Shown: piece by piece, positions 11,637 through 25,321 of the stretch
Layout of the letters: every line of letters begins with the position of its first letter
Numbering within the stretch: position 1 is the first letter of the stretch
The notes under the pieces: generated by a model
Told to the model about the DNA's origin: nothing
Database searches by the model: none
Seen by the model: the letters and a program-made list of their open reading frames with translations, nothing else
Program-made: the position numbers and the translations under genes
Assembly: GCA_013239625.1 (NCBI GenBank)
Contig: MU057151.1
Coordinates: 2,820,498 to 2,884,497, forward strand
From: Lama guanicoe
Taxonomy: Eukaryota
Length of the DNA stretch: 64,000 nt
Direction of reading: 5' to 3'

Positions 11637-13831
11637 AAAGCAAATAATGAGTAGAAAACCCCTTGATCTAAACATAAATAGAAAACAAAATACAGATATG
11701 TCTCACCTTAGGTTGTATCTAGGTTCCTAAAAATGAAAGTCAATTGTTTTTGCAAAATAATTTTATTGTCCTACGGTTTACATTTTCGGAGATGTTTTAA
11801 TCTTCATTTCTTGATTCCTGTACACAGGCTCCTAACATTTTTCTTTAATTACTTTGCCCACCTAAGTAAACAAATACTTCAGTAAAGTAAGGGAATGGAC
11901 TCTCTTATTCAAACATTTAGTTTGATCTATCCTAATCCCCTACAGCTACTTCCGGGATGCAAAGATGTGAAAATTTTAGCCCAGGTCCCCATCTAGGTAA
12001 GGAAGACAGTCAAGTAAGAAACTAAGGACGCTGCAAGGCAAGGTAAAGCAAGCTGTAACAGAGGCAGCAGCAGTGTGTAATGAGCACACAAAGGAAGAAG
12101 CAGTGACTAAGTGTTTGGGGAAAGCACTGGGTGAATTCTTTGGGAAGCAGAAGATGGAATCTGCAATGTAAAACTGTAGAGCCACAAGCATTTACTAATT
12201 GATTTGCTTTGAAATTTTGAAATTTTGAAATTTTCTTTCTGGCAGGTTTTCTTTGTTTTGAACTTAAAATGGGATACACCTAAGGCAAGAGACAGACAGC
12301 AGCAATTAACTCTGACATGAAACTATTCAGCCTCACCTTTGCCTCCCACCTCTTTGGCCTATGATGTAAGCCTACAAATGACACTTAAATACATTGTTTA
12401 GCCTCACTGACATCCGAAAGACTAAATATGTTACTAATTTCTGGGCTAGCATCTCCAAGCCACTTGCTGGTTTCTCTTCTACTATATCATGAATTTGCCA
12501 TGTTGCCATGATGCAGCTCTGGTATGTGGGACTTAAATACGTGAAATGACAACTTCTTATGCTGGCAAAATTCTTGAAATCCTATTAAGAAACATGTGAC
12601 ATGGACAATGTATCAACCAAAACGGCTAGTAAGTTTATAATAATTAACAGGCAGTATATGAATATAAATTCTGAAAGGTATTTTCCTGTCAGATTTTAAA
12701 ATACCTCTCCTGAAAATAGGCTTCCAATGATGCATTATTTATTTCAGACAAAGGAAAGTTTTTAAATGGATCAGGGGCAAAGGCAGAAGATATTCACAAA
12801 GCCTATGATTCTAAAGTTTTTATTACCACTACCTCAAAATTTAAAAAGATAAGGCACCCATAAAAGACTTATACACAATAAAAAAAATATTTAAAATATC
12901 TTCCCTGTCTTCCAAATATTCAGATCCCCAAATCCCAGCTACAGCAAGAAAGAGACACACTCTGGATCATTTTATTTTTTGAAACCCTATGATTGTAAGA
13001 AATCTAAGTTTGGTAAAATGGACAAAGTACATGACCAAATACATACAATTCTTTCCTGAAATTCCTTTTTTATTACAATAAGAAAAATATTAGTCATGGA
13101 TATATTTGTCCTTCATTAACATAGCTGTTTCTTGTTTTATAAGTTGCCCAAAAGAATTTCAAATTGTAAAAATGAAAACTCAGGCAATAAATTTGGCCTG
13201 AATTACCTAGAAATTTGGAATTTGTTTTCCTTAATTATAATTTCTAAGGAACAGACTGATTTCTTATCCCAGAAATGATGTCCCCCTTTTGACTGGCTGT
13301 AGAGAAGAGCAGAGCCAGGGCTTTTATCTACAGTTCCTTATGGTGAAGTGTTCCCTAAGCCCCTCAAAAGTTACAGATTTCAATGGGTTATGCCTGGCTA
13401 GAATCCTGAAGGCTGAAGTAGTATTCCATGTAAATGTGCTGATGTTAATTGCAAATATTGCACGGAAAGATAGCAAAGCTTGGGAAGTGTGTGTCCTTGA
13501 GAGAATGATCAAGTCTGATGGGACTGTGGGAGTTCAGAACACCAAACTGGACTGAGGATAGTCATGAAGAAGAAAGGGCACATGAGGGAGACATTGCACT
13601 TCAGGAGTCTAAAAGGAAAGAGAACCCAGGAGAAGTTGAGTAAGACTGGAATTAACAGACTGAGGGTGTATGGGAGATTTTGGAATACTGAGTTAAGAAA
13701 CTTAGTCCCCAGATGAAAGTTATTCAGTGCTTGTTTGTTTTTCCTGTGAGCTGAGACCGGGAGATACCAGTTGAGTTAGCAGAACAAATAGCTGTAAGAA
13801 GCTTTCATGAGAGAAGAGGGAGCCATATATC

Positions 13832-14330
13832 AAAGTGGTTGGGAACACAGACTTTGGAGTCAGACAATATCAGGTTCAAATTCAGGTACTGTCATGTATT
13901 AGCTGTCATTCCACAAGTTACTTAACCTCTCCATGCTCTGGTTTTCCCTAATTATGATATAAGTGAAATACCTTCAACTTCACACAGTTGTTGAGAAGAT
14001 TAAATAAGGCAACTTATTTTGGGGGGTAATAGATTAAAATTTTTAATGAATTTAAGAATTAAAATATGCCTTAGAGTTTATCCCAAAATTTCTTGTGAAT
14101 GCCCTAAGCACTTTTTAAAATTGAAACATAGTCGATATACAATGTTGTGTTAATTTCTGGTGTACAGCATAGTGATTCAGTTGTGTACATACATACATTC
14201 CTTTTCATATTCTTTCCATTATAGGCTATATAAGGTGTTAAATATAGTTCCCTGTGCTAAATGGGGCAACCTATATAAAACACTTAGGATAGGTCCAGCA
14301 CACACACAAAAACAGAAGTTATTATTGTGA
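13832..14330 (+). mobile_element. MIR SINE interrupted by an insertion at 14018-14257
   Basis: 'gactttggagtcagac...caagttacttaacctctc...gttgttgagaagattaaataagg' resumes at about 14258 as 'tataaaacacttagga'. Confidence 0.8.
14112..14257 (-). mobile_element. 5'-truncated L1 3' end (laurasiatherian/artiodactyl type)
   Basis: 'ttgaaacatagtcgatatacaatgttgtgttaatttctggtgtacagcatagtgattcag...atatagttccctgtgct'. Confidence 0.85.
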
Positions 14331-15049
14331 TTAAGAAATATAACTAATAGTTTGTTGGAGGCATTTTGGGAAAAAAGGGGAAATTTAAGATGAGAATAAA
14401 CTTTTGAGTTTTGCTTTGGGCTTCTCTGATACTAATATTCTTTTACTTCTGTAGTTTTGGTTGAATAGCTCTAAGGATATTCTTCATTTTGTGGAAATAT
14501 GCCCGCAACTTGACCCAAGGCAGGTAACTTGAGAGTGAGATGTGACATTACAAAATGATTATTTTATTACAGGGTGCCTTGAAACTGTATGCTTCTTAAC
14601 GTACAACTAAAATAAATAAACGTATATACTTATGGATCCCCTGTATTGTGGAAACTGTAGTGACAGTCCCAGGTGATGTCAGAAGACGTGTTCTAACTCT
14701 AGTTTTGATTTTGTGTGGTAAATCATTGGCGACACTAAAAGTTCCAGTACCAGTTGTATCTCAGAATCTATGAGCTTTCTGGCCTGGCCAATTCCAGAAG
14801 TCTAACGTAGGCAGTGAGAGAAGATGTGGCGGCAGCAGCTTCAAACATTTCAATAAGAGGTCAGCTAAAATTGTTATGGGTGGGTGGATGGGAGTCAGTT
14901 GTAAAGCTGTGTATCGTACCACTTCTAAACTTCTAAAGACTCAGCCATTACTCAGAGGGCAAGTTTAACCACTGCTGGTTAATGTGGCTTTCTATAAAGG
15001 ACAAAGTGCTAAATACAGGCAATCTTTGACTTCTGGCACTTTAAATAAA

Positions 15050-15265
15050 GCTATGTAGTAACGGGAGCTGTGGCAGTGGGTTTAGAGGTGTTTGAAAATG
15101 AAATGGCTACTTAGCTGGTAGTGAGTTTGAAGTCAATGGAGATATTCAGATAGACGCTAGATGCCCATTTCTTGGGAGACTTGAAGCAAGATTAAAGTGT
15201 CTGATAGAAATTGGACTAGATGACTTCTAAGGATGCCTTCCAGCTCTATGGTTCCATGTTCCATG
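15050..15265 (+). mobile_element. L3/CR1 LINE 3' end
   Basis: 'ttggactagatgacttctaaggatgccttccagctctatggttccatgttccatg' resembles the CR1/L3 terminus with its short terminal repeat. Confidence 0.7.
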
Positions 15266-15624
15266 GTGAGCATCAATTCACACTGTGCTTCTTCAATCAG
15301 TTGTAGCACTTATAACAAGAGATCGACCTTACACTAACCTGCTTTCTAAAGTGTACTGGATAAGGATCCCTGTTCCCTGGCTCAGTCTAACTCCAACTGG
15401 CCTTAAACCACCTCTCTCACGACCAATCAGCATTGGCAACTCCTACTGGCTCAAGTACGCTGGCAGCAAGAGAAGGGGACAAACCTAAGCTAACAGAAGC
15501 AGACAGAAAGGGAAGAGGGTAAAAATGGTTCTCAGGATCAAGTAAAGTTGTTACAAAGTCACAAGACTCGTTTCTGTTTATCTGCTTTGATGTGGCTTGG
15601 TAAACTACTGCTGAGAGCAAATTC

Positions 15625-16090
15625 AAAAGGGAGAGACAAACATGTAAATTTAATCACCACAATCCGTGTGTTAAGTGCTATAACAGAGATCTGAACAACG
15701 TGCTAAGAGAACACAAAGACTGACCAACTTTGCTGGGGAGTCAAGGAAATCTCACAAAGGAAGTAATGAGCAAGCTGAGTCTTGAAGGATGAGTAGGAGA
15801 TGACTGGGTAGAAATAGAGAGAGGTGTGGTTGGCAAAGAAAAACATATTCAAAGCCAGAGAGACATGAAAGACTCTATTTGGGAAGTGGTGGATAATTGT
15901 GCGTGGCTGGAGTGTGAGGTTAGGGCGTCGGATGCCATGCTTTTTAAGAAAGGAATAGGAGATGGGGGGATAGGCAGGGGCAGACAGAGGATGGTGGCAC
16001 TGTACCACGTTAACTTTATTCTAAGTGAAATACAGGCTTTGGAATGACTTTAGTTTTACTCTAGGCAATATAAGGAGACATGGGGGGTTC
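15625..16090 (-). mobile_element. L2 fragment
   Basis: 'gagtcaaggaaatctcacaaaggaag...gctgagtcttgaaggatgagtaggag...gtggctggagtgtgagg'. Confidence 0.75.
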
Positions 16091-16849
16091 TTGTCTCAGG
16101 TGTAAGGATTAACAATAACTGAGGAGAGTTTAGTCATGCCAGTGGGTACCTCTGTACCCATTTTGACTAACAGGGTAAGTGTGCTGCTCTGAGCAATAAT
16201 AAAAGCTACGAAGAGGAATATGCAACTGCATGGGAGAGCACATACACTAAGATAATAGATAACATCTTAGTGAGCTGATACACAAAGCACAGGAGCATCT
16301 CAATACACCATAGATGACAAATTTTAAATGCCGCTTTTAAAAACAATGCCCTTTTAAACAGAGCAATTACATTTTATAACATGTATTTACAACCTTGTGA
16401 ATTTCACATACTCATCCTTTCATCAACTGAACAACTTAAAGAGTTGCTTCAGTTGAAATCTACTATTACCTACGATGACTCCCATCCCTTGCCACTACTC
16501 TTTCTTACAGGAGGAAACTTGGGAAAGGGGAACTAATAAACAATTTCAATTTCTCCAGGCTGCTCTGAGGCCAGCGATCCAACCAGGGATCTCCCTTTTC
16601 GTCCGAGCATTTTCAGGCCTGTTGAAATCCAACCTGTGTTCTCAAGTCCCACTGCTACTCCAAAGAGCTATTTTTCCAACATTGCATTGGCCCTCTTCAG
16701 AGGGCTTTTGAAAAGAAATGAACATTTTTAACAGTCTCATTTTTTCTTTTAGATTCAAAGCAATTATTATCAGAATCATTATTAACTATTCATGCGATAG
16801 CTAAGTTTTGGGTGTTCCAAATGTAGCATGTTTCATGTGCTGAGACAAT

Positions 16850-17018
16850 ACTGAGGTTTTCGGTGTGGTACTAAATCATCCACAGGCTCTTGTCTGAAGT
16901 CCCTTGTAACCCACTGCCCAGGGTCTAGGGTGCAGACTGTGATATGGAGCAAGACAAAGTGAACTGGTCCGAATGGGGACTGAACCCATGACCTCACTAG
17001 CAGTGTAAGTCTAACCAC
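16850..17018 (-). mobile_element. MamSINE1-like ancient tRNA-derived SINE
   Basis: Reverse complement 'tggttag...aggtcatgggttcagtccccattcggaccagtt...ctccatatcacagtctgcaccctagaccc...ggttacaaggg...tgtggatg' follows the remembered MamSINE1 order. Confidence 0.65.
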
Positions 17019-20000
17019 AGCGTATGGTTATTTACTGCATTTCACACGCAACACACCTCCACTCATTTCAAAGGGTTAGCAGCCTTCTCCGCCTCTAGGT
17101 AAGCAAAGCAATCCCCCTTAGCTAGGGAGCAACAAAAGGTTGTCTTAGAAGAATGGTTTCAGTTTAAAGCAGCCTGAAGAATTTAAAAGAGATTCTCTTT
17201 CCTCCCATCCTTAGTGAAGTGGCAGTAGTTGGAACCTTTTAAATCAGTTTTGCAGAACATACAAAGCAGTCCTGAAAGTAGTTGGGTATAGCAACAGGAA
17301 GTCGAGTTCTGGGCAATCCCTTTAATTAAAGCTTCTGAAGAATTTATTTTTATGGCTTTTTCCTATCTCCTCTTTCACCACTATGAAGGACACAAAAGTT
17401 GACATTTCAAGATATAAATTTAAAAAATGAGGGTTAAAAATGGGACAATAACATGCTAACCTAATTTGAATGATGAAGCCTATAGCTACGATATGTTTAT
17501 TTACAGAATAACTTTGTGAATGGAAGTATAATTGTAAAATTAATAAAGTTTTCTGAACAAGAGACCCATTTTAAACCTATACTTTATGAATCTAATGTAT
17601 TTTCTTCACTTTTAGATTTTAAACACACTGAAAATGTACATCTGCTATTAAGAGTAACTATAGCTTCATTCTCAATAGACTATGTTAAATACCACTTTCC
17701 TCCTTTAAAAATTCTTAGCACCTATGAAATTCTTATTCCAATAGAATTTTTTAAAAAGTTACCATTTGTCCATATCTATTTTGTTATACAGGATGGGTTT
17801 TTACATTTATTTCTTTAACAAGCAGCAGCTCAGAGAATGTAGCTCTTTAGTACAAGACTTATATAATGAGTGTTTGCTCTTTATTTAAAAAGTGAGAATG
17901 TTAAAAAAAAAGTCTGGGAATTGTTTCTAAGATAAATATATTTATAATGCAAGATAAAGGGTGAACAATAATTGTTTTGCCTTTAAAGAACACCCAATTG
18001 TTATCAATAATGAAAAGGAATTTTTTTTCCAAAGACTCCTTTGGATATCCACATCTGAGGTAAAGTTTGAGGGAAGGGCAAAGATCACAGAGGAGGGCTT
18101 TGCTTCTTTTGCCTTTTAAGGAAATCTTTTAAAAAGTATTTGCTCATGCTCATAAAATAGTAACTAAAAATTTAATATTAAATTCCTGCACAAAACCCTC
18201 AACATCCAATTATTTTACAGTACTCCAATTACTAGCAACACTGTCCCCTAGAAGGAGTAAGAGTATATTACTTGTATGATATTCTAGACAGGAGCATATG
18301 TTGGTGTGAGCATCTTATTCTTCAAGAACACTAAGATACAAATCTGTTCTTTTGTTCATTCAGGTCCTAGTGACTCTAATATTTTAGACATTTATAAGTA
18401 GACCCAATGTTTATTTTTTTAAATGTTTAGACAAAAGTATATTGTTAAATGCCTACAGTATAATTTTAGACCACATCTAATATGATACAGATTTTACATG
18501 AAATTTGTATCCTAATCTATCTTTACCCCTTCAGTCTTTCATCTGAAAAAAATGAAGACTGTCTCAAGCAGTGATTCTCAGGAAACGAGGTAGATAACAT
18601 TTTACTGGACTGAAACGAAATATGAATTTATTTTAACAGGGTAAGAGGAAAGTGGAATCTAAACTGTTAACTTGTAATTTTTTCATTTGCCAAGCATCAA
18701 GGCTACAATCCAACGGGTTCTATGTACTCTTTGGTCAAGTTGGGGAGGGGGAGAGCACACTCTTTTAAGTGTACTCTATTTCTGAGATTTTATTTTTTTC
18801 CACAGCAAGTTCATTTCCCCCCTTCAAAATATGTGTTAGTAAAATCTCTCAAAATACTGAATATCTTGTATGTGGTCACTTTGATACTAACAATTTATAC
18901 ACATCCCTATAATTTGGATTTTTTTTGTCCACAAAGGATAAAAACAAACCAAAAAGTGGTATAAAGGTTATAAAGTCTTTTGCTTTTATCTAAAGGGAAC
19001 TAGGGATGGACTAAATAATTTCATAAATTGCTTTAAATACTTTTACGCTTTTATTACAAATGTTGAGTATCTGTTCATCCGGTATCACATCCTCTGCCTC
19101 TTTGACAAAAGTTACTTTCTACCTAGGACTGTAATGATTTATATAACTTATCTCTCCTACTATATTATAAACTTCTAAGGCAAAATTTAGACCAGATTTG
19201 CAGGATGAACACAATTAAAGGGGAAAAGAGCAGCCTCCTAGGAGCAAAAGGGTAAGGTTTATAGATAGATGTAAAAATCGGGTCAATTTCTTATAGTTTA
19301 CCCTCCTTATAAAGCACAAGAATGAAGAGCTCTGACACAGCAAAAGTCCCTTTTCAGCGTCTTTCACACCTTCACCTTTTTACAGATGGCTTTTTCTGAT
19401 TTTCTACGCAAAGGCATTGTGCCTCTGGCTCTTAAAGCAACATGAGGATTCCAACTGGAGACTCTGAAAGATGTGATAAAGAAGTAGAATCTGATATACT
19501 CACTACTCTTCATTTCTGTGGCAGTAGGTGCTATATGAATTCAGATAATTCTCTATAACTCAGGAACCCTCACCCATACTGGGAATGGTTTCTACTCTTT
19601 AGTTTCTCTTGCCACATTCTGCTGGCCATTCTGTGGCCACATCTCTGCACATTAGCACAACCACGGGATAATGAAGGAGTGCGTTAAACTAGCGGCTAAA
19701 ATGAAGATTCCAGATTTCTACAGATTATATTTAGCTTTGCTTTTCTATGATAGTTTTGAGTAAAGGGCATATAACAATCTAAGTTCCAAACTATTCCTTA
19801 AATTAAATGCTTATAAAATCTGACAAACAATTTCTCATTCAGTAATTTATACACTGGAAGTAACAACTGACATATAAGTTTTAGGACTCAGGCCATGCTG
19901 CCTTTTGAAAAAGGCAACAAAATGTAGACTGTAAATTAAGATAATTAATTTCACATCGTGTTTTTGATATATCTATTTTTTTTCTCCAAAAAGCATATTT

Positions 20001-20485
20001 TAGCCAGGAGTCTTGCCACACACTCTTGCCAAAAATAGTCTGGACATAACATCTCCAGAATGAGCTTCCCTGACAATAGTGTACAGTCAGAAATGACTCA
20101 TGTACAGCTTTTCTCTTCATAAGAAAAATCAATCTGTGTGACTGAAGAGTTGGGGGGGGTAGCTTGCTTAAACGAATTAGCCACAATAAGCCAAGTCTAG
20201 TTACCTAAAATGATCAAGAATAAGAATAATCACAAAATAGTCCACCCTGAGGGGGGAAAATAATTATGCTGCTTACAACAGTTTTAAACTCATACTGATT
20301 TAGAAAAATGCCAGATTACAACACTAAAATATAAAAGCAAATTTGGTTTACAATCAGTCTAGTTACCCCAGAGTACCAAATCTAGCCAGGACCTTTGAAG
20401 GTAATAAAGTAGGTCTGTTAGCTATTTCCCAGTATCTTAAAAAGCCTAATAGTAAGTAAACATTTGTACAATGCAAACAATCATC

Positions 20486-20582
20486 TTCTCTCTCATCCTC
20501 TCCCTCTCTCTCCCTCTCTCTGTCTCCTCCACACCCATCCCCACCTCTCTCTCTCTCTCTCTCACACACACCCACACACACA
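20486..20582. repeat. Compound (CT)n/(CA)n low-complexity tract
   Basis: Seen directly. Confidence 0.85.
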
Positions 20583-21647
20583 AAACAAATCACCTTTCCT
20601 CTGGTCACCCTGTTCCCTAGAATGGAACAAACCTCCCTTGCTAATTTCTCAGGATTAAGCAGTGCAACAAAGTAGCATAGTTCAGAATCAAGCTCCAGAC
20701 ACTGCCTGCAACTGCATAATTATTTCATTGCCAAGACCTCTAAGTACAACCAAGTAAAGGAGAAGAAAAGAAAGACAGTCTTTTAAGTGTGACAATAGGC
20801 CATATTCCTGTTTTATGAAATAAGAACACATTAGTAATTTACATATTCTAGAAAAATTACTACCAACTTGAATTTACATAAAGAAATAAACCTATAGGGC
20901 ACTGGACAATTTATTAACCAAAATTCTAAGGAATTTTATTTGACCAAGATGTTTGTGTTCATTTGTATTAATTGTGATTCTCTTTTCTATAAAAGCATAT
21001 AATCTAAGTGCTAAAAAAGAGTAAATAAATTTATCTCTGCTTTCTAACATGTAAAAGGCATAAATGCAAGTAGCTTGGTAAATATTAGAAATTGTTTTTC
21101 TTCAACTGGGACATGGAATATTTTTATTTTGAAGTTTTGGCCACTAATAAATACACTAATTTGTGAGCTTTGATTTGTCACCATGGAGAAATTTCTATCA
21201 CTAATTCTGAGCTCTCCATTCTGCTTCTTATTTGCTATCATCTTTTAGGCTTTTATCCAGAGTCTCCAAGGTCAAGGAAATAATAGTCTATTTAATAGTT
21301 ACATGTTGTAATGCTCCCAAAGTTTTCCTGCTACCTACAGAGAAGGTACGTATTTTTACAGTTGGGAGAAATTCTTAGCCTATTTATAAGGTCTTATTTC
21401 AGTCTACAATAAATTAAAATTTCAATTAGGAGAACATACAACTTGACAATGACAAGTATTTTCATTTTAGAACAGTATATATATTTATAAATAAAAGCTT
21501 AATCCAGGATAGGCATTTAATGTAAAAACTACCTGGTAATTTTTTTACATTTAGGTTTTAGAGATTAAGAGACCACAAACAAACTAGATCAGTGTCTTCT
21601 ACAAAATGGTTGGCTTTTTAAAAGAAGAAAGAGTGCTCATATAGACT

Positions 21648-22143
21648 GTTGCATGCTCATGTTCACAGTAGCATTATTTGTAATGTCAAAAAGTGGAAGT
21701 CACTCAAGTGTCCATGCATGGATTAATGGACAAACAAAACATGGNNNNNNNNNNNNNNNNNNNNNNNNNNNNNNNNNNNNNNNNNNNNNNNNNNNNNNNN
21801 NNNNNNNNNNNNNNNNNNNNNNNNNNNNNNNNNNNNNNNNNNNNNNNNNNNNNNNNNNNNNNNNNNNNNNNNNNNNNNNNCACTTACATGAGGCACATAG
21901 AGGAGTCAAATTCACAGAGACAGAAAGTAGAATGATGGTTGTCAGGGGCTGGGGGATGGGGAAATGGGGAGTTAGNNNNNNNNNNNNNNNNNNNNNNNNN
22001 NNNNNNNNNNNNNNNNNNNNNNNNNNNNNNNNNNNNNNNNNNNNNNNNNNNNNNNNNNNNNNNNNNNNNNNNNNNNNNNNNNNNNNNNNNNNNNNNNNNN
22101 NNNNNNNNNNNNNNNNNNNNNNNNNNNNNNNNNNNNNNNNAAG
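21648..22143 (+). mobile_element. L1 3' end (L1MB-like) with two N-runs (21745-21880, 21976-22140)
   Basis: 'catgttcacagtagcattatt...caagtgtcca...ggacaaacaaaacatgg' and 'gtcaaattcacagagacagaaagtagaatgatggttgtcaggggctgg'. Confidence 0.88.
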
Positions 22144-22742
22144 AATATAGCTGAGCAACATTCTGAGAACAGATGAAGAGAGTGAATAACCAGATAGTGT
22201 GATTTTTTAAGAAAGACACCTATACCTGCTGAGTCTTCAATTTCACTGTTTATTCTTTGTTTTTCTCTCTCCTTTCCTTTTATCCCAAACCCCCTCTAAG
22301 TTCATTTGCTTCCATTTGTAAGTTTTGTGATTTATGGGTTTTCAGACTGGAAGACCAGACTCCAAGAATCACCAGTTGTTATGATCAGAAAAATCATATT
22401 CTTCTTGAAGTCTAGTCCATTATTTTCATGCAGCCAAAGAACACAATTTCATATCATACAGTATTATATTTTTTTAATAAGCACTATCGATTTTATAACA
22501 TTAATCCAAGTCCAGTTTCTTCTGACCCTGAGTTATATACTTTCTATAATCCCATCTACGGATTTTCTGGAATTTAAAATAATGTTCTAAGATTTCAATC
22601 TTAACTCCAAGCTAGAATTTTTGAAGAATTACTGATCCATGGTTTATACAATTTATAAGAACCTGCTTCCAGATTCATTACTTGCATGATGAACCTGCAA
22701 AACATACATTATCAGAAATTTTTATTTTGTCTTATCTTAAAT

Positions 22743-22972
22743 TCAGCGGTTAAGAGCTTGGACTTTGCAGTCAGATGACCTGGGTTTGAATCCTGGTTCT
22801 ACCACTTACTAGATGTGTGGGTGGATAAATTATTTAAATTCTCTAAATCTCAAGTTCCCTCATTTTTTAAAATGTGAATATTAATACTAAGAGTTATTGT
22901 GAGGACCATGCATAGAAAGCTCCTCTGCAGTGTCTGACATGGAGCAAGTGCCTCATAAACGGTAGCTATGAA
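22743..22972 (+). mobile_element. MIR SINE
   Basis: 'ggttaagagcttggactttgcagtcagatgacctgggtttgaatcctggttctaccacttactag'. Confidence 0.88.
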
Positions 22973-23711
22973 TACCACTAGTAACAACAGCATGGAGAAA
23001 TGATGACTAACCTATGGGACTGAGAGACATTAGACTGCAGCTTTTTAAAATGACTCTACCGTTTTGACTCTAAAATGAATCCAGAGAAAATAAGCAACAG
23101 TATATTTTGAGACTTGTTTTCTTTGTTCATCTCTTCCAAATAACTTCATTCTTAATATCATACTGAGCAAAAGAAATTAAGCCAAACAAGAATGAGAAGG
23201 CCAGGTATGTATATGCCTAGATACACACTCAAACACACGTCTCTCTCACGTGCTGGGTATGATTTCAGGAAGTTGTATAGAAACATGAGGGAAAAAGCTG
23301 AAAAGTAAACAGGAAGAGCCATAGACTACAATGAGGGTAACCACATACACAAATACAGGCAAATTTCCAAGTTCAACTATTTGAATGACTTATTCAGAAT
23401 CACATTACTGTCAGAAAGATATGCTGTAATTCTTCTGGTAATTACCCTAGGAGGCAGAGCCACAAGTCCAGAAAAGTTGGATATTTTTACCCCTTTTTAT
23501 CAATGTGGGCAAAAGAATTTCATATTTTCTTTAAACAAAACCAAACTGCTACTACAGTTACTACTACTAAGGATTTCTAAAGTATGTAATATTTGATACT
23601 GGGATTTCTGCCCCAATTTCCTTAGAAAGTACAAAAAGCTTCTATACTATCAATTTGGACTCCTCAACTGTAAAGAGAAATAGAAATTTTACAATAGACT
23701 TCTATTTCTGA

Positions 23712-23982
23712 AAATGTGTTTCTTAGAATACCAATGGCATAAAACACGAGGGTGAGAAGATAAAAGGGAGGCAAAAAAGTCTGTGAAATACTGCATTTTG
23801 TATCTCTCAGAGATTCACCACACTATTAACATAAAAGGTTCTGAGAAATCCTACAGTGAGCAGAGGTGTTTAAATTTGTTTAACTAGTGTTCCCAAAATT
23901 TATTTGCCCATAGATTTCTTTTTTTTCTTAAAGCAATACAAAGGAACCAGTATTCCTCATAACAGGTTATTTTAGGAAATGT
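23712..23982. mobile_element. MER103C-like hAT-Charlie MITE
   Basis: 'ggttctgagaaatcctacagt...tgtttaaatttgtttaactagtgttcccaaaattatttgccca' matches the remembered MER103C core. Confidence 0.7.
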
Positions 23983-24578
23983 ATAATAAATTGTCTTTGA
24001 TTAGCTAGAAGAGTAATTTCATATGCACCCATCCCAAAAAGATAGTCACTGGCAGAATTTACTAAAGTCCCCATGGTATTTCATGTCAGGGTAAAAAAAA
24101 TCTAACATGCCTAGACTTGCGTTTGTACTATCTTTAGCAAGTTGCAGTTATTTCCAGAATATGTGTTCCAGCTCCTTTACTGCCTGTATATTATTTAATC
24201 AAGTCCAAACACCCAATTTCTATTACCTGTGAAAATCTAAGAATAAATGTGACTCTCCAAGCTTTTGCTTTTCTTTCTGGGCTTCAGTGTAAGCTAAGAA
24301 AACCCTGTAACTATGAGCTACATCTTCAAATATAAGAATACTAAACTCAGTTACCAGCATTTTATTAACTAGTGTTATGAGCTGCATTTACACAATTCTG
24401 TAGTAAAACAATGATCCTAAAGCAAAGTAATGATTGATTATTACTTCATTCCCTTGCATCTCCCTAATATCCCTATTAAATATATAGAACAAAATACTGT
24501 AACTGCTACTTTATCTATTGAAGATTGAACAACTTGCCCCAGGTACCAATAGTCAGCAGGAGCCAATTTCTTATTGGA

Positions 24579-24715
24579 NNNNNNNNNNNNNNNNNNNNNN
24601 NNNNNNNNNNNNNNNNNNNNNNNNNNNNNNNNNNNNNNNNNNNNNNNNNNNNNNNNNNNNNNNNNNNNNNNNNNNNNNNNNNNNNNNNNNNNNNNNNNNN
24701 NNNNNNNNNNNNNNN
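24579..24715 (-). other. N-run (137 nt); probable hidden exon of a minus-strand gene
   Basis: Minus strand reads 'tttttttggttcaagtttagatttctag' then N, so the AG sits exactly at the boundary. Exon content is not visible. Confidence 0.45.
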
Positions 24716-25321
24716 CTAGAAATCTAAACTTGAACCAAAAAAATCTGATGGCATGCTAGATAGCTTTTTGTGAGTTCAGAAATTAAGAACAAAGTCTTAA
24801 CAAACTGTAATGAGGCATTCATTACTTTGTCCTTATTTAGAGAAAACAAAGGAAGTAAGCTACAATTAATTCTGGGTAAAGTGTGAATGTGAATGATCAT
24901 GCTGTCAGGCTGTGGCATCACTTCCTTCTTAGGTTCTCCCTTCAATTTCAAAAGTATTTAAAGTGTAACAAAATGTGTGACATGAAATAGACATCAACGA
25001 TTCTTTTAAAGCCTAACAAAGAAGATACAATGACTGTTACGAAAATAATACATTTAAGTAATCCACAGATATTTGGTCATTGATTTTCAGTTTATAAAAA
25101 ATAAACCAGCCATTGAAAGGAAAAAAAAACCACTTTAAAACATCTATGGCAGAATACATGTAATCATAGTATTTTATATTATGGTAATACATATCAATAA
25201 CATTTACCAGAAATAAGACAAATGGTTGAAGAGAAGAAAAAATCTGACATGAAAGGAGTCAAGAATGTTGACAATTTAGTAAAGGAAAAGGAGTTAAGGT
25301 ATCAGGTTCAAGTTTCATAAG

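Noticed and set aside
12337-12371. 35-nt minus-strand exon encoding a KH-like 'IIGQRG'
   Set aside because: Weak acceptor, and the residues after GxxG do not fit a KH domain.
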